A stretch of DNA of 64,000 bases from Raillietiella orientalis. Lineage: Eukaryota. Of the stretch, positions 50,350-63,100 are shown piece after piece (the stretch's first letter is position 1; every line of letters begins with the position of its first letter). The stretch lies in contig JAYWIR010000045.1 in NCBI GenBank assembly GCA_036172245.1, positions 992,001 through 1,056,000 on the forward strand, given 5' to 3'. The notes under the pieces were generated by a model that had not been told where the DNA came from, did not search any database, and saw only the letters and a program-made list of their open reading frames with translations. The translations under genes and the position numbers were made by a program.

Positions 50350-53300
50350 CTGTGGAGGAGGCAGATGACGTCAGCGAGTAGACGCAGCATCCCTTCCCCT
50401 CCCGCGGCTTCCCTCCCGAGGGGGCGTCCTGGGACTCTGCCGCCGAAAGCCTAGGAGTGTTCTTAGCGGGCGAGCAGAGACCACCAACCCGGGAGTCACC
50501 ATCAGGCAAGCCGTTCCCCTTCTTCCCTCTTTCCCGACCCCGAAACGCGCGTGGAGGAGGACGGCTGCCGCAGTTGACTAACGGCGGGGAAGTCGTCCAC
50601 TGGTGGTGCGGGAAAGGTGAGGCCACCAGAAGGGGATGTACGGTGTCTTCGTTTCTTCTTGAGGGCCGCAAGGAATCAGATCGGAAAGAGGGACGACGAC
50701 TTTAGGAACAAGGGGAGGGGGGGAAGAGGAGGAGGAGCAGCTCAGCTCAATTGGTCTGATCTCAAAGGGTTGCCTGCGGTTGAACGTGAGCGCAGAGAGA
50801 TCCTCTCTGTCTTCTCTGGAGAGGAAAGGGGAAAAGGACCTAAGGAGCGAAGGCAGGACGGGAGTTCCGTTCCCGAAGGATTAGCCGATGATCTGCAAAG
50901 ACGTTCCGAGGTTGCCCGAGGGTCGGAGGCCGCCGCAAGGCAGGAGAGCGGGCAGTAGAGTCGCCAGGGTTCGACACACTCAGCCAGCCCTTTCCTCCCT
51001 ACTCGTTGGGGACGCTCGTTCGCTCAGGAAGCAGGTGGGAAGGTAGAGGGAAGCCCTGATTGTGGGCGCGTCCAACAGATGAACCGTTTGCATCGAGGGA
51101 AGCTGCGGAGGTCGCACGCGCTTTTCCGACCCGCCCTCCACCCGCCGTTGCTGGCAGAGACTCGCGGCCCCGCCTGCAGACATTCGGCCAGCATCCCATG
51201 CGATGGACCGGCCGCGCATCCCGACCGAACATGTCGCTACTAAGGGAGCAAGTCTTTCCCTCCCGAGACGTGGGGAAGGCAAAAAACGGACCGCTCTGCG
51301 AGCGTCCAGCGGGCTTAGGAGGTCCGACGGGGAGGAGACACCCCAGACTCCTCAGGGGGTCGGGAGTCGTCATCCTGACCTAAAGGGAAGGAGGATGGTC
51401 CCGCCCTCACTCTGGAAGCCTCCCCTCTCCTTTTCCTCGCTGCCCCTTTTTCGGGAGGGAGAGCCGCTCCCGTGGCGGCATGGCGGCCATCACTGTGTGC
51501 CGGAGTCCATGGCGACGGGAGGCTGCCGGCTTTCGCATCCGGAAGCCGGTGGCGAACCCCCGCGAACAGGGCCGGTGAGGAAGCGGAGGGAGGGTGACTC
51601 TCGTGCCCACGTAAAAGTCGCTCCTGGATTCCGGGAGAGTGCAGGGAGGCGGGAAGGAAGGGGTCGTACCGTCTTGGGGCCCAGTCCCACGCACCAGGGA
51701 ACAGAGAGTCGGGAGAATGAGGGGAGGAGGAGGAGTTGCACTTCGCCCCATCGTTCCGGATAACGCAGACGAGGATGGGAAGGAAGGGAGGAGTGGCGGC
51801 TCCTTCCCTCCTGCTCTTCCATGGCTGCTGCTCCTCCCAGAGGACGTGGCCCACCTGCGACTCTCCAGGATCGGGACTCCCTGAATGAGTTTCGTCTTCT
51901 GGCTCTGGAAGGGGAGCGGACCTCTGAGCACCTCCTCATCTTCCTCACGCGCTCGAGAATGGGTCAGGGAGAAAAGAGCCCCGACTCTTGAGAGGAAACC
52001 ATAAAAATCCTCCCCTCCCCTCCCCCTCCTCCACGGAGCCGCCGCACCCTCGCTCCAGGCCGGAACTTCTCGTCCGCTCCCTCCGGGCGCCGGCACCCTC
52101 CTTTGGCACGCTGTCCTCAGCCAGCTGCCTCTTCAGTGGGATCCCTACAAGCCGAGAGATGGGAGGCGGAAGCTCCAGGCCGCCCTTTCTTCCCATCCGC
52201 TCCCTGATGGTTCGAGCACCTCCGAGGCCCCTCCACTTTGCACTGGCGCATCCCAGTGACCAACGAGGGGGACGCAGCAGCTTGATGGGGTAGACCCCGG
52301 GGGGCGGCGCTGGCTCGGCTCTCCTAACTTCAGGCCCCCCACACCCGCTGCTCGTAAGATCCGGTCCTGCAGGTCCCTCGACGAGATGCCTCCTACAGAT
52401 CGGAGAGAGAGGGGGACAGGGGAGAAGGAGCCACCGTTATCCGCGTCCCGCCCTGCCGCGCCTACGGCAAAGGGAATCCTGGGAACCGCGTGCGTTCCCG
52501 AGAGAGGGCACGGAGCGCGTCAGGACGGCTCGCGCGCCTTCGATCGCCTGGGGAACGCGGGGCACGGAGGACGCTCCTCCCGACGTCCCGGCGCCGCCGC
52601 TCCCCCCTCCTTCCGCTGCCTCCGCTGCGAGGACGCTCGAGAGCTGCTGCTGGCACAGGCGAGCCCTTCTGGCCGTCCCAGGCAGTTCCCTCTGAGAAGA
52701 GAGAGGAAGAGGGAAGAAAGGGAAGCGCTCGGGAAGAGGGAGAGAAAGGGGACGGTTTCCTTTTTTCTACCACCACTCCACCCTCTTGCTTCCTCTCCTC
52801 TTCCTCCTTCGAGGCGAGAAGCGAACAGGAACTACGCGAAGGGAAGACGGCGGCTCAAGGAGACCGCAAGGGGAGGAGGGGATCGCAGGACCGCGAAGGG
52901 AAGAGCGGCGTGGGAGGGATGCGAGGCGCGCTTCCTCCCACCCCTACCCTCGAACGGTCGCGGCCGCACGCGAGCGTCTCGGATGTGCCGGGAGAAGGGA
53001 CGTCTCCCGCGGGATCGCCTTCCTCTTGGATCCCCCCAGGTCCGAGCGAGAGACCTCCTTTCGCGTGTCCACGTCAGGAAGGGGGCGCTCACGCAGCGTA
53101 AAATTCCCACCACGGCAAAAGCGGGAGGAAGAGGAGACAGAAAGGGCGGAAGATGACGGAGGAACTTCCCGAAAAGTCAGTACGGCGGTGTTCGGGAGTC
53201 TGGAGCGAGCGAGCGGGTTAGAAATCCCGTCCGGGGATGAAGGCGAAGGACGGTAAGAGGACGAGGAGAGGCCGCGAGGCTTCGCGTCACGCGACGCGTC

Positions 53301-56300
53301 CGCCCTCGCTGGTCCCCAGGAGAGCGGGAGAGACCGGGGGGAAAGCCGCGAGCGAGCGAGTGGTCCGCACAAGACCCGAGCGGTCTACAGGGAGGCGCCC
53401 TCGCTCCCGCCCGTTGCCTCCGGCAATCCGCCGCGGGCACGAGCGTCTCGCTCTTCTCCCGCCGGAGCAGGTCGGACTCGCGGCCTCTCCCTGGAAGAGC
53501 GCGTTTTCTGCTCCGCCTGGGCTGAGACGCGGGGGCTCTCAAGAACACACTCGTCGTTTCCTCCCCCGGAGCCAGGATCCCGCCACACCTAAGCTTCCCT
53601 GCTTCCTCCCCTTCTCCCCCCCTCCTTTCCCTCAGCTCCTCTCGCTTTCCGCGCGTTCCGGTAGGGACCTCCTGTGCCCCAGGCCGTCCCCAGGGAATCT
53701 TTTCTAGGATGCACCCGCGAAGGGAGGAAGGTGATGGCGAACTTTCTCTCCTCGGGGAGATCCAGGTCATGCTTGCGGGGGTGGGAGATCCTCTGCCTCC
53801 GCAGGTGAAGAATCCTGTGAGGAGAGGAGCCAAGGTCCTACAAAAGAGGGAGTCGGGAATGACGACTTTCTTGTCCTTGTCAGTAATTCTCCAGGAACGG
53901 AAGGATTGGTGAGTTCGGGAAGATAGGACGCCTCACGGGATGTCCGGGAGGAGGAGGAGGAAACCTCCTCCTGCCCTCCTCCTCGCCCCAAATAGTGAAG
54001 AAAGGGAGTTTCTCTTTCCTTCCCCATCGCCCTCTCCATCTTCTGGATCTCCTTCCCCTTTCCCTTCTTCAGTCGCGGTCGCGAATTCTCAGAGGAACGG
54101 GGAGGAGAATTCCTGCGCTACCCTATTGGTAGCGCAGGAAGGAGGGAATGGCGCCTGCACTCCCGGAAGCTCCCTTTCTCGCTGGTGGATTGTCCTGGAT
54201 CCTTCTTTTCGGGAACGCCTGGAAAGGAGCTCCCAGAAGATACCATGGAAAGAAGCAGCAACTTCCCAGCCACCGCCCACTTGCAGGACGTTCGGGCAGC
54301 CTCTTTGCACCGGAAGAATTTCAGGCTCATCTTCCTACGGGACGAGCGAGAAGCTTCCCCGGGAGAACTATCCCAAGACTGCCCCTCCTCCCTCAGCAGC
54401 TTCCTTCCTTGGACCATCTTTCTCTTCCTCTGACCGCATGATCTCTTTGGGAGGGGGGGGGGCAAGGAAGATTCCGCATCAGAGTCAAGGGGTGGGAAGG
54501 GAGGAGGAGGGGTGAAGGAGAGAGTTCGATGCCATCGGGAACGGACGAGCCCCCGCCCTTCCTGCGAGCAGCCGCTGCTGCTCCCTCAGACGGATGCCGA
54601 GACCTTCCATCACTCCTTCCCTTCTTCCCCGTTTCTGTTCCTGGACCGGCGGAGCGCGCGGAAGGGAATTCTGGATTCGGAGGGACCGGGAAGAAAAGCG
54701 GTTCCTGCTTCCAGGATCGCCGCGAGTTGGGGGGAAAGGAGCGAAGAGGAAGAGGAAGGGTTTAGGCGAGCTGGGGAGCCAGGGAGTAGGACTGGTGGAT
54801 GAGAGGAGGCGGGAGAGAATGGAGATGAGAGAGCACGTGTCCATTCCCCCACCTCTCCTCCCTCCATCCCTCCCCCTCTCCTGATGATGAGAGAAGCGAC
54901 GCCGCCGATCCGAGAACAGAAAGTTCCGGCAGCACGCCGTTCGGCGAGAGAAGTGGGTAGGGACGAGGAATCAGGTAGCCATGCGGCACTCCCTCCGAGT
55001 CCCTGGCATCGCAACGCCAGATCGGGAAGTCCGAGCTGCCAGTCGACCTCCGCGTGTCCCGAGCAGTACCCCTGCGCGCGCGCACTCTTCAGGGGGCGGC
55101 TGCCAGTCTGGAACGTGCGCAAAATGCCGAAGGCCCATCTATCTGCCCCAGTCCCCCCCCCCCGTTTTCTCCGACCACGCAGCCCTTATCCTCTTTTACT
55201 GGAATCTGTGACCACCCGGAGCAATTCCCTCCCAGCTCGTGTGCGGTGAAGGGAGGACAGCAGGGGCAAGGACTTGAAGGACTTCGAGGAGAGCCCGGGA
55301 GTCATGCTTCCCCGCTCGGGGAGCAGCGTGTTCTTGTCCTGGAAGAGCACGTCGGGGAGACCAGAAGAGAGTGAAAACCGCTCAGCATCCCGGGAAACGG
55401 GATATCTCCTACCCTTCCCGGTAGTTCCTCCGACCATGTGGAACACGTAGGTGCCTCCTTTCCCTGGGAAAGCAGGCGGATGAGAAGTGGGCCGGCGCTT
55501 CCTACCCAGCGAGGGACACGCGGTTCTCTTGTGAGAGGAACTGCTGGACCCAAGGCGATCGCGCAGGAGCGTGCCGGTCTCTCGCGAAGAAGGCAAGGCG
55601 TGAGAGGCCGAAGGGACTGCCTCCGGGTAGGGGAGAGCGGCGCATCCTTTAGTAGGTCGTGTGAGAACCCCCGGACCGCAGGCATTCCGGTCCTGAAACA
55701 TCGTGGGAATATCCCCTCCGTAGTCCGGCATCCGGAAGAGGCTTTCTGACGCCCCCAGACGCGTCTCCTGCGCGGCATTTCCCTCCCCCCCCCCTCTCTC
55801 TCCCCAGTTTCGAGTCTTCCCACTCATTCGATTCTCCGGTCTTTCCTCAAGGAGGGCCTGGAGCAAACAAATCCCCGATTGAGAGCAGGCAACGCACAGA
55901 ACTTCCCGCGGCCATCCATCCTGGTTCCCTGATGCCTGTGTCCCTCAGTTTGTCCATGGATTTGGCGTATGCTTGGCTCCCCTTCTCGGCGCGAGCTCGG
56001 TGCACAGTCTCCCGCCCGGGTTATCCAGGATCCAGGAGGACTCCTCAGGCGCCGACCGGCCAGAGAGGACCTGAAACCTTCCGTGGCCTTCCGTGCATTT
56101 CTTCGTTGTGGAGGATGCTGCGCTTCGGTATCCCTCTCACTTCTCATCTCCATTCCGAGTCGACTGCCCTCGACGTGCTTTCCCGTTCCAACGAGCCCGC
56201 CTCCTGGAACGCCGTTTCCAGCTCGCCTTGATCGCGCTCCGGAGGAGGAAACTGAGAAACTTGGCTACTGGTTTGGAGTCCCAGGGGGAACCAACTCGTT

Positions 56301-57410
56301 GCCAAGCTGGCTGTGATCTGTGTCCCCCGCGTCGCCACCCGAGACTAAGGAGAGATCTCATCCCTGGTCAGCAAGGACAAGACGACCGTTTCCTTTCCAG
56401 GATGAGCAGCTGCGTGTTTGGCAGCACATCGGAACCGTCCCTTGGGTCCCCGCCTCCTGAGGCCCAGGCTTTACTTCCCAGGCTGGATTCGTGGCAAGGA
56501 AGGCGTCACTGGTAGGCCGCGGACCGCCCTGGGCAAACGGGAACCTCCAAGCGAATACCTCATTTCCCTTGGACGACCACTTTCATCGACACCCATCGTC
56601 CCGCCCCGGTCCCGACTGAGGTCCTCCCTCGCCCATGAAGGATCCGTCCCCCAGCCGTTCGTCCGTTCCACCGAACCTCCATCCAGGTGAGCTGCGGCCG
56701 CGTCTCCCCTCTTTCGCTCCTTCTCCCCAACCCCTGTCTCCCAGCAACGTTTCCTGGGAGGAGTGAAATTCTGCGGTCTCAATCTCGGAACAATCTTCAG
56801 GATCGGCTGATCCGCTTGTCCCCCGGGATCGCACGGTCCCTACGCGTCACTCGCCGCCTCGCATCAATCCCATTGGGATTGACGGTGGTTCCCCGCGACG
56901 TCCAGGTGGAAAGAGCGCTGATCCTTAGATCTTTCCTTGAGACTGGAGTCCTTCGAGTACCGGAAGTCTCCCCATTCGTGGATCAGAACCCTCGCAAGGT
57001 TCCAGAAGCACGCCTGAGCTGAAGAGGACGCGGAGTTCACCAGAAGAGGAAGTCGTGAACCTCAACGGAGACGCTCTTTAGTCAATCCCTCGTTCTTCCG
57101 TGGAGCGAGCAGGATGTGGGTGTCTGAAAGAACAGCACACGGCGATCCACTGATCCCTGTGACCATCGCAATGTCTTTCTGGGATCTCGGAGTACTTTTC
57201 CCGAGTTACTTCCCCCTTTTTTTTTTTCCTATGCTTCCTCTTAGCAACGGTCTACCGGGATGCTTCTGGGTTACTTTCGGAGCAGAGCGCGCGAGCTGAA
57301 GGGAACCAGGAAGTCCGCGTTTCCTGGAAGTGGCCATGACGCACAGCGGTGTTACAAAGGCCGTGAAGAGACGAGATCCGCTGTGTCTCCAGGGAGAAAA
57401 AAAGACTCAC

Positions 57411-57458
57411 CTGAAATCCCATCGTAGGTCCACCATTCCTCCCAGTTACCGTGAGTAC
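57411..57458 (-). CDS. CA10: CARP exon: THGNWEEWWTYDGIS(G)
   Basis: 48 nt, phase 1/1; acceptor tttttcttccggatttag, donor gtgagt. Confidence 0.9.
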
Positions 57459-57796
57459 CTAAATCCGGAAGAAAAACATCTGGTCAGTACTCAGAGTGAT
57501 CGCTAGGGGACTGCTAAGCTGATCTCTTTCTCTGAGATCAGCCGGCTAGCAAACATGGTAAAAAGTGACCACGTGACTCCCCACGCAGAGAAAACCAGGT
57601 CGTGGGTGCGAAAGACGACCTTGACTGCGCCTGCCCCCTACGAAGCTGAACGGGGTAGTGACATCCGAGAATCGAACATCCTTCTCTATCTTTCTCTCTC
57701 TGAAGGGCACTCCCCCCAGCGAGCAGCGCGCTTGTTAGCACTTTGGAGAGGCAACTCCCAAGGGGGGAATCAACCAGCTCCATGGTACGCGGTAAA

Positions 57797-57921
57797 GGCC
57801 TCTCTCCTAAGATGGGGAGACGGCTTTATTTTCACAAAAAGAGGGCAAACTTCCCCGAAGGGAACCGACTCTTGGGCTCCTGGAAGGACCCCGAAGGGCC
57901 AACTTCCAATCCCGGCCACTC
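57797..57921 (-). mobile_element. SINE-like element, structured body/3' part
   Basis: Reverse strand gagtggccgggattggaagttg is identical to 36219-36240 and similarity continues to about 36350. Confidence 0.6.
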
Positions 57922-58824
57922 GTCGGACGCAGCTGGTTTTTAGCATCGATCTAGACGGAATGTTACCGTGGAAACCTCCGGAATGAGAAGAGGACTGGAC
58001 GAGTGGACAATGGGCTAGCTCACCGACGCTGTGACCCCGAATGCTCGACTTCGTGGACTTTTGTGCTGGGGAGTACTACTGGTTATCCCGGAGGAAGACT
58101 TGCAGTGGTCCCCGGTGCTCATGAGCACCCGCACCCTCCCCTCAAAGTGGCAGGAGTCGGCACTGATGCTGCTGCTCGGGGTCCTCTCGTGCAACGCCCG
58201 CCGGCATCATTGGACACGGAGGGAAGGGGTGGACCCGAACTGTGCAAGGTAAGGGGAGCGAGAAGCCCTCCCGCACCTGCTTGTGGGATTGCGTTGCTCT
58301 CCGCTCCCTTTGGGGAGCTTTGCCGTGGCCCTTGAAACCCCCGGCGGCAACGCCAGAGACCTTTGAAAGCGCGGCACCCTCACGCCGGCCGCAGCCTCAG
58401 CAGCACTGCGCTGCCCACGCGGCGGGACCGTGGCTCCATGGAGCAATGCCAGAGGAGGCAACAACAACAGGGACGCCACCTATTTTGCTGTCCTCTTCAT
58501 GAGGACGGCGTCAAGATGTCCCCATCCGGGAGTCTTGAAACAGGAACTTGCCGGCATCCCTGCAAGGATGCAAAGGACACTCTCCAGAACACAGTGATTT
58601 CCTTCCCGAACCCCCCCATTCTTCGACTGCATATTTTTTGTTTTATTCTTTTCTTTTTGTTTGTCTCCCCTTACCCTGCTGCCGAGGCGAACCCCGCTGG
58701 CCTGCGTGCCAGTTCCCGCCAACTTTCTTCTCGTATTTTTAAGTTACGTGGCAGGATCAAACGTTCTGCCACAGACTGCCCTGTTTATTTTATAAATAAA
58801 CACCCCGACGTGACCGGGTGTGAA

Positions 58825-59030
58825 CCAGTGTCGCGCCCGAAGCCAACCGTGGCCAACCGGCGTCGTGCGGGTCGGCTTCGGCTGTCTTGCGGGGTGGGAA
58901 GGGGGAGAACTCGGAATCCACGACTCACTCTCCGTTCCCGGCGTCGATCCTTCCCCGGGTGGGGTTCGAACCCGCAATGCTTGTTGCCACGCGCGGAGAC
59001 CGCAGCCGCATGACCGACAACGCCGCGCTT
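58825..59030 (-). mobile_element. SINE-like element, tRNA-like head
   Basis: Reverse strand reads gcattgcgggttcgaaccccacccggggaaggatcgacgc...gtcgtggattccgagttct...gacgccggttggcc, homologous to 36022-36190. Confidence 0.65.
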
Positions 59031-59717
59031 TAAATGTCTTTTCTTAAGAACTCGAAATGGAAAGTGGCAGTAACGACTCATAGCGACGCTGTCGACCTCA
59101 AAGAAGGAGTCGGTCATCGGGATACTGACCTCGAAGGTCAAAGAGTCTAAATGTGCGTGTCCCGAGAAGGGACTAGAGAGAGCTAGTGAAGTCATCCTCA
59201 TGTTTCGTGTAGGAATTGAACCCGAAAAGAAATTAGAAAACGCTTTATCTCTTAAAACCTCTGTTTAATCCCGTCCACATCTTCTTGCAGTCCTTAAAAC
59301 ACACATTTCGATGTCTTTTTCCTATCACGCATGCACGCCACGGCGGCACTCGCTTAAAGGTGTCTTTCACGCGCAAGACAAGTGCAAGAGACGTTTCTCA
59401 CGAGACCAATACACCTCTGAAACGCAAAGCAAAACCCCATCACCCGTTGTCTCAGACCCGGGACCCCATAACAACGCAATCAGTCGTTTCTGCTGGAGAA
59501 GAACCATTGGAGCAAGTTGGTAAGAGCGGATGCAGGGAGGACTCTTTCCTGAAGAGGCGAAAGACAAACAGCGGGATACAAAAGTGAAACCAGAGCCAAC
59601 TGTCAGCTCTTCTTTCACACTCGGAAGCTAGCTCCAGGAGATCTACTGGCTCGTTCTTTGGTTCCGCTCGATCTAAGAGCTCATTAGCCCGATCGTAAAG
59701 TCGAGGACTCTGAGAAG

Positions 59718-60140
59718 ATGGCGGTAGAGGATGAAAATGGACGACAGTTCTTAGAAACGCCCATCTACATTTTGAAAATCATTAACGAAGTGGTAGCCGT
59801 GGTTGTCGAAAGGTTCTATCCTAGCTTAGAAAGGCACTGCTTACGCGATCTTCTTCAGCATGAAGGAGTTGGATGGAGCGAATCCCAAGCATCCCTTCCT
59901 CGCCTTCGCGGCTCCGCCCACCCGAAGTAGGTAGATGGAATCTGAGAAAGAGCCCACGGAATGTCGCAGGAAAGCACCACCGATCACAGAAAGCACGCAT
60001 CACAACCGCGGTACTCGCTTGCTCTTTCGATCTGCGGATCCGACGCCGACGGGGGGATCAGATCCTTCTGGCAGGAATGCCGTGGGAGTCTCACTTCGTC
60101 CCTCCGGAACTCCTGAAGGATCGCGCGCTTGCCAATCATT
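59718..60140 (+). pseudogene. Possible decayed DZIP3-like HEPN domain of a HEPN-NACHT/NLR-type gene
   Basis: PIYILKIINEVVAVVVERFYPSLERHCLRDLL, then after a stop LSICGSDADGGIRSFWQECRGSL and, in another frame, LLKDRALANH (cf. LK..RN.LAH). Motif resemblance only. Confidence 0.25.
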
Positions 60141-63100
60141 TTAAATCATCGTCTCGGCTTCTCAGGCACGGCAACCATCCGGAAAGCGCCCATCCTCCAG
60201 GAAACACCTGCTACGGAAAAATGCGGACGTGCCACGCTAAGAGGAAGTCCTGAAATTCCACCGAGTCACGTAGAGGAAGAGCATCGGGGAGCGCGGATCG
60301 ATGAGGCTGAGAAATCAAGGAGTCCCCTATCGAAGATACCATACGGTGGGAACGGCAAGCCGAATCTTAGGAACTGTCTCGGGGGTGCACCTCCACCGAG
60401 GAGAAATACGCATCTTTGAAGCCAGCAGGCCACGCAAGGAACTGGATGGCAGGAACGGTTGCTCCGTCCGAGTGAACCACGTCGACAGGGAGCGTGCACC
60501 TGCGTTCGAAACGCTTCCTGTCCTGATCGGGTTTAGGAGACTCTCTCGTGGCAGCTGTGAACCCGTTACTCGCCCTCTGTCGGTGTCGCAACGCGGAGCA
60601 CACGCTCAGCAGTCTGGTGACCGCGACTGGAAGCTGCACCACCCTTGCTCAGACCTTCCTGCTTTCGCCGGCACCTGCTTCCCCATTCTTCCCGAATTGA
60701 TCTCTGTCACAGAAGCATGGCCAAGGAAACGCAAGATGGTCGTCCGGAGAAAGCGCTGCCCCTTATCGGTGCGCATCCTCCTCTTCCTCGCTCCTCTGTT
60801 TTGGAACTTCAAGCTTTCCACACGCGTCGGGGTCCTGCGTCCGGCATCATCCCCGCCATCCATCCCAACTCGTCGGATCTTTAGGACATCTCTTGCTGCC
60901 TCCAGCTTGCATGCTCGAACACCACTCAGGCATCTGAGTATCCGGCTCTTCTGTTCCCAGATACCTTCAAGATCAAACGAGCCCTATCTCTAGTTTCTTC
61001 TCCGTTCCCACGGAATGACTACTGTTCCACTGATGGATCTCTCGAGCCTAGGGGTCATCTAATCTGCTCGGCTTTCTCACCTTCACCATCCGATGTTTTC
61101 TTTCCGAATCCCAAATTCGCCGTCTGAGAATTCCTCTAGTGGTGCCTCCTAGTGGTTTCCCCTAGTACCGCTTCGAGATAGAGAAACGGAAGCCTAGAAA
61201 GTGTCCAAGGAACTCCTGGACTCCACAGAAGCGTTCTCCGTTTTGGGTCTCAGTGCAGCAGAGGGAGGCCATCCGCATGGCAAACGCCTTCATGGGGACG
61301 GGCTGCTAAGTGACCTTCAAAGAATAACGAGGTCAAACGGAAGGGGGAGACTGCAGAGCAGTGGGTTCTTCCGACAGCCTCAAAGGAAGAAACCACTGTG
61401 CAAACGTCCCAAGTCACAGAGGATGCCTGCAGACCAGCATGAGAAGGTGTCAATCCTTCCCGAACGCTCCCATGCAACGGACCACCACCCTCTACGGGTC
61501 ATCTACCCGACAAGCGGAGGATCGGCTTCCGCTTCGTGGAGCTCCGAGGAAAAGCGACTTCTGGTGGTGCGGAGAAGGCGCAGCGCTGTGGAGAAGAAAC
61601 AGCTCAGCTTGAATCAATGGAAGGAAAAAAGGGTTTCCCTCGCATGAAGCTTCCATTCCCTGCAGGTATTGGACTTTGGGGCTGTTCAGTCACAATAAAC
61701 AACGTTGAAACTATAACCACTGTTCCAGATATTTTGCGTCGTGAAGAGAGTGTTTGCGTCTCTTGGCAAACCAAAAACTACAGCCAGTCATCCACTGGAT
61801 TTCCGGAATCAACAGCAGATGGTTGTTTCTTCATCTCTGGGTGGATGAGAGCCGAGATCCAAGCCGCTCTGGAATGCAGCTCAAACGGAAGCGCTTCGCG
61901 ACCCACGGACCGGCGAAACGGAAACGGTGACAAGCTTCGAGCTGGGATGATACGAGAGTCTGGAGCCAAAAGCGCCTCCAAACGCAATCGTTTCCCGAAT
62001 CGGATCTGGGAAAGCGAAATTTTTGTCTCTGCGGAGTCTGAGCGGGTGCTTCTTAGTCTGAAACGGTTTGCTACCTGGGAAGATGGAGTCTTGCAGCGTC
62101 ATGGTGCCATCCCTCACTTCCAGTGGTATGGCAATCACATCTGCTTTTCGCATAGTTAAGTGACCACTCAGAAGAGATCGCCATGAATTACATCTTCGAT
62201 TCCATTAGGACAAAAGAGTGCCTCGTTGAGTTCTTCCTGTCCTCTCTGAGCTGCAAAAGCTTTTTTTTTTCTTTTTTTTGGAGGATGATTCGTCAGATTC
62301 ACCACATGGACCCTTGGAGAAACGGAATTCTGCACTGGGGTTGGCAGTGCAACCAATGCAGACACCTGGTTTCCGGGGTTGAATAAACGGGGTTATGTCT
62401 CCAGGACCCGCCCTGAAGGATATCTGGCGGAGACTAGCTTCGGCGCTCTGTCATCCGAAGGGCACTGCTGTGGACCTGCTGCGGAGATTCTTCGCGAGAG
62501 ATGGAAGCATCCGCCATCCGACAGGCGCCGTGATCGCCGCAATGTGCTGCATCTGCGCCATGGCCACAGCCCTCCGTGTGCTGGAGTCTCGGGTGCAGCT
62601 AAAGGAGGCTGGCTACCCGCATGTCAGCCGCCTTCGTGAGCACGAGCTGCGAGGTGGCCTTACTTGGAGCAAGAAGTCTCTAGGGAGGCCGCCACCATTC
62701 AGCGTAGTTTTTAGGGAGCAAACAGTGATTTAAACCAATCCTCACCCTTTTTTTTTGCCTGTTGTTTATTTGTTTCTATCCCGCTCAAAACCAGGCCTGA
62801 GTGCCGGTATACATTCACGCCCACGAACTTCCTTTTGTTGTTTATCCGGAAGTGAGTTCCCAACTCTTTTGTTTATTTTCCTCCGTCTGAAAGCGAAGAG
62901 TTGGCTTTGTTTCCGTCGAAGCAGCCGACCCACGCCACTCGACCCGCGCCACGCTTAAAGCCCTAGGCGGAGTCAGGGCTGCATTAGGTTCCCTGTACTC
63001 GTGGAATAGTAACCAAACTGTTTGGAAAACAAAGGGCGGAGGGAGAAGCAAAGAGAAAAAGAAACCAAATCGATGATACCATAGCAGCTGCTAGTCAGTC

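Larger units (their letters stand above)
27924..57458 (-). other. CA10: Gene span (recognised coding exons) of carbonic anhydrase-related protein, CA10/CA11 (insect CARP)-like
   Basis: Eight GT-AG exons join in phase into an alpha-CA fold with the CARP signatures WEEWWTYDGISGPSFWGLIN, RQSPVNI, GSEH, TYEGSTTHPGCWE and RTVRTNIDF. Signal-peptide exon and terminal exon not resolved. Confidence 0.93.

Noticed and set aside
40000..57000. Many overlapping 150-330 aa ORFs on both strands
   Set aside because: Arg/Pro/Gly/Ser-rich products of GC-rich, stop-poor intronic DNA with no recognisable domains apart from the CARP exon.
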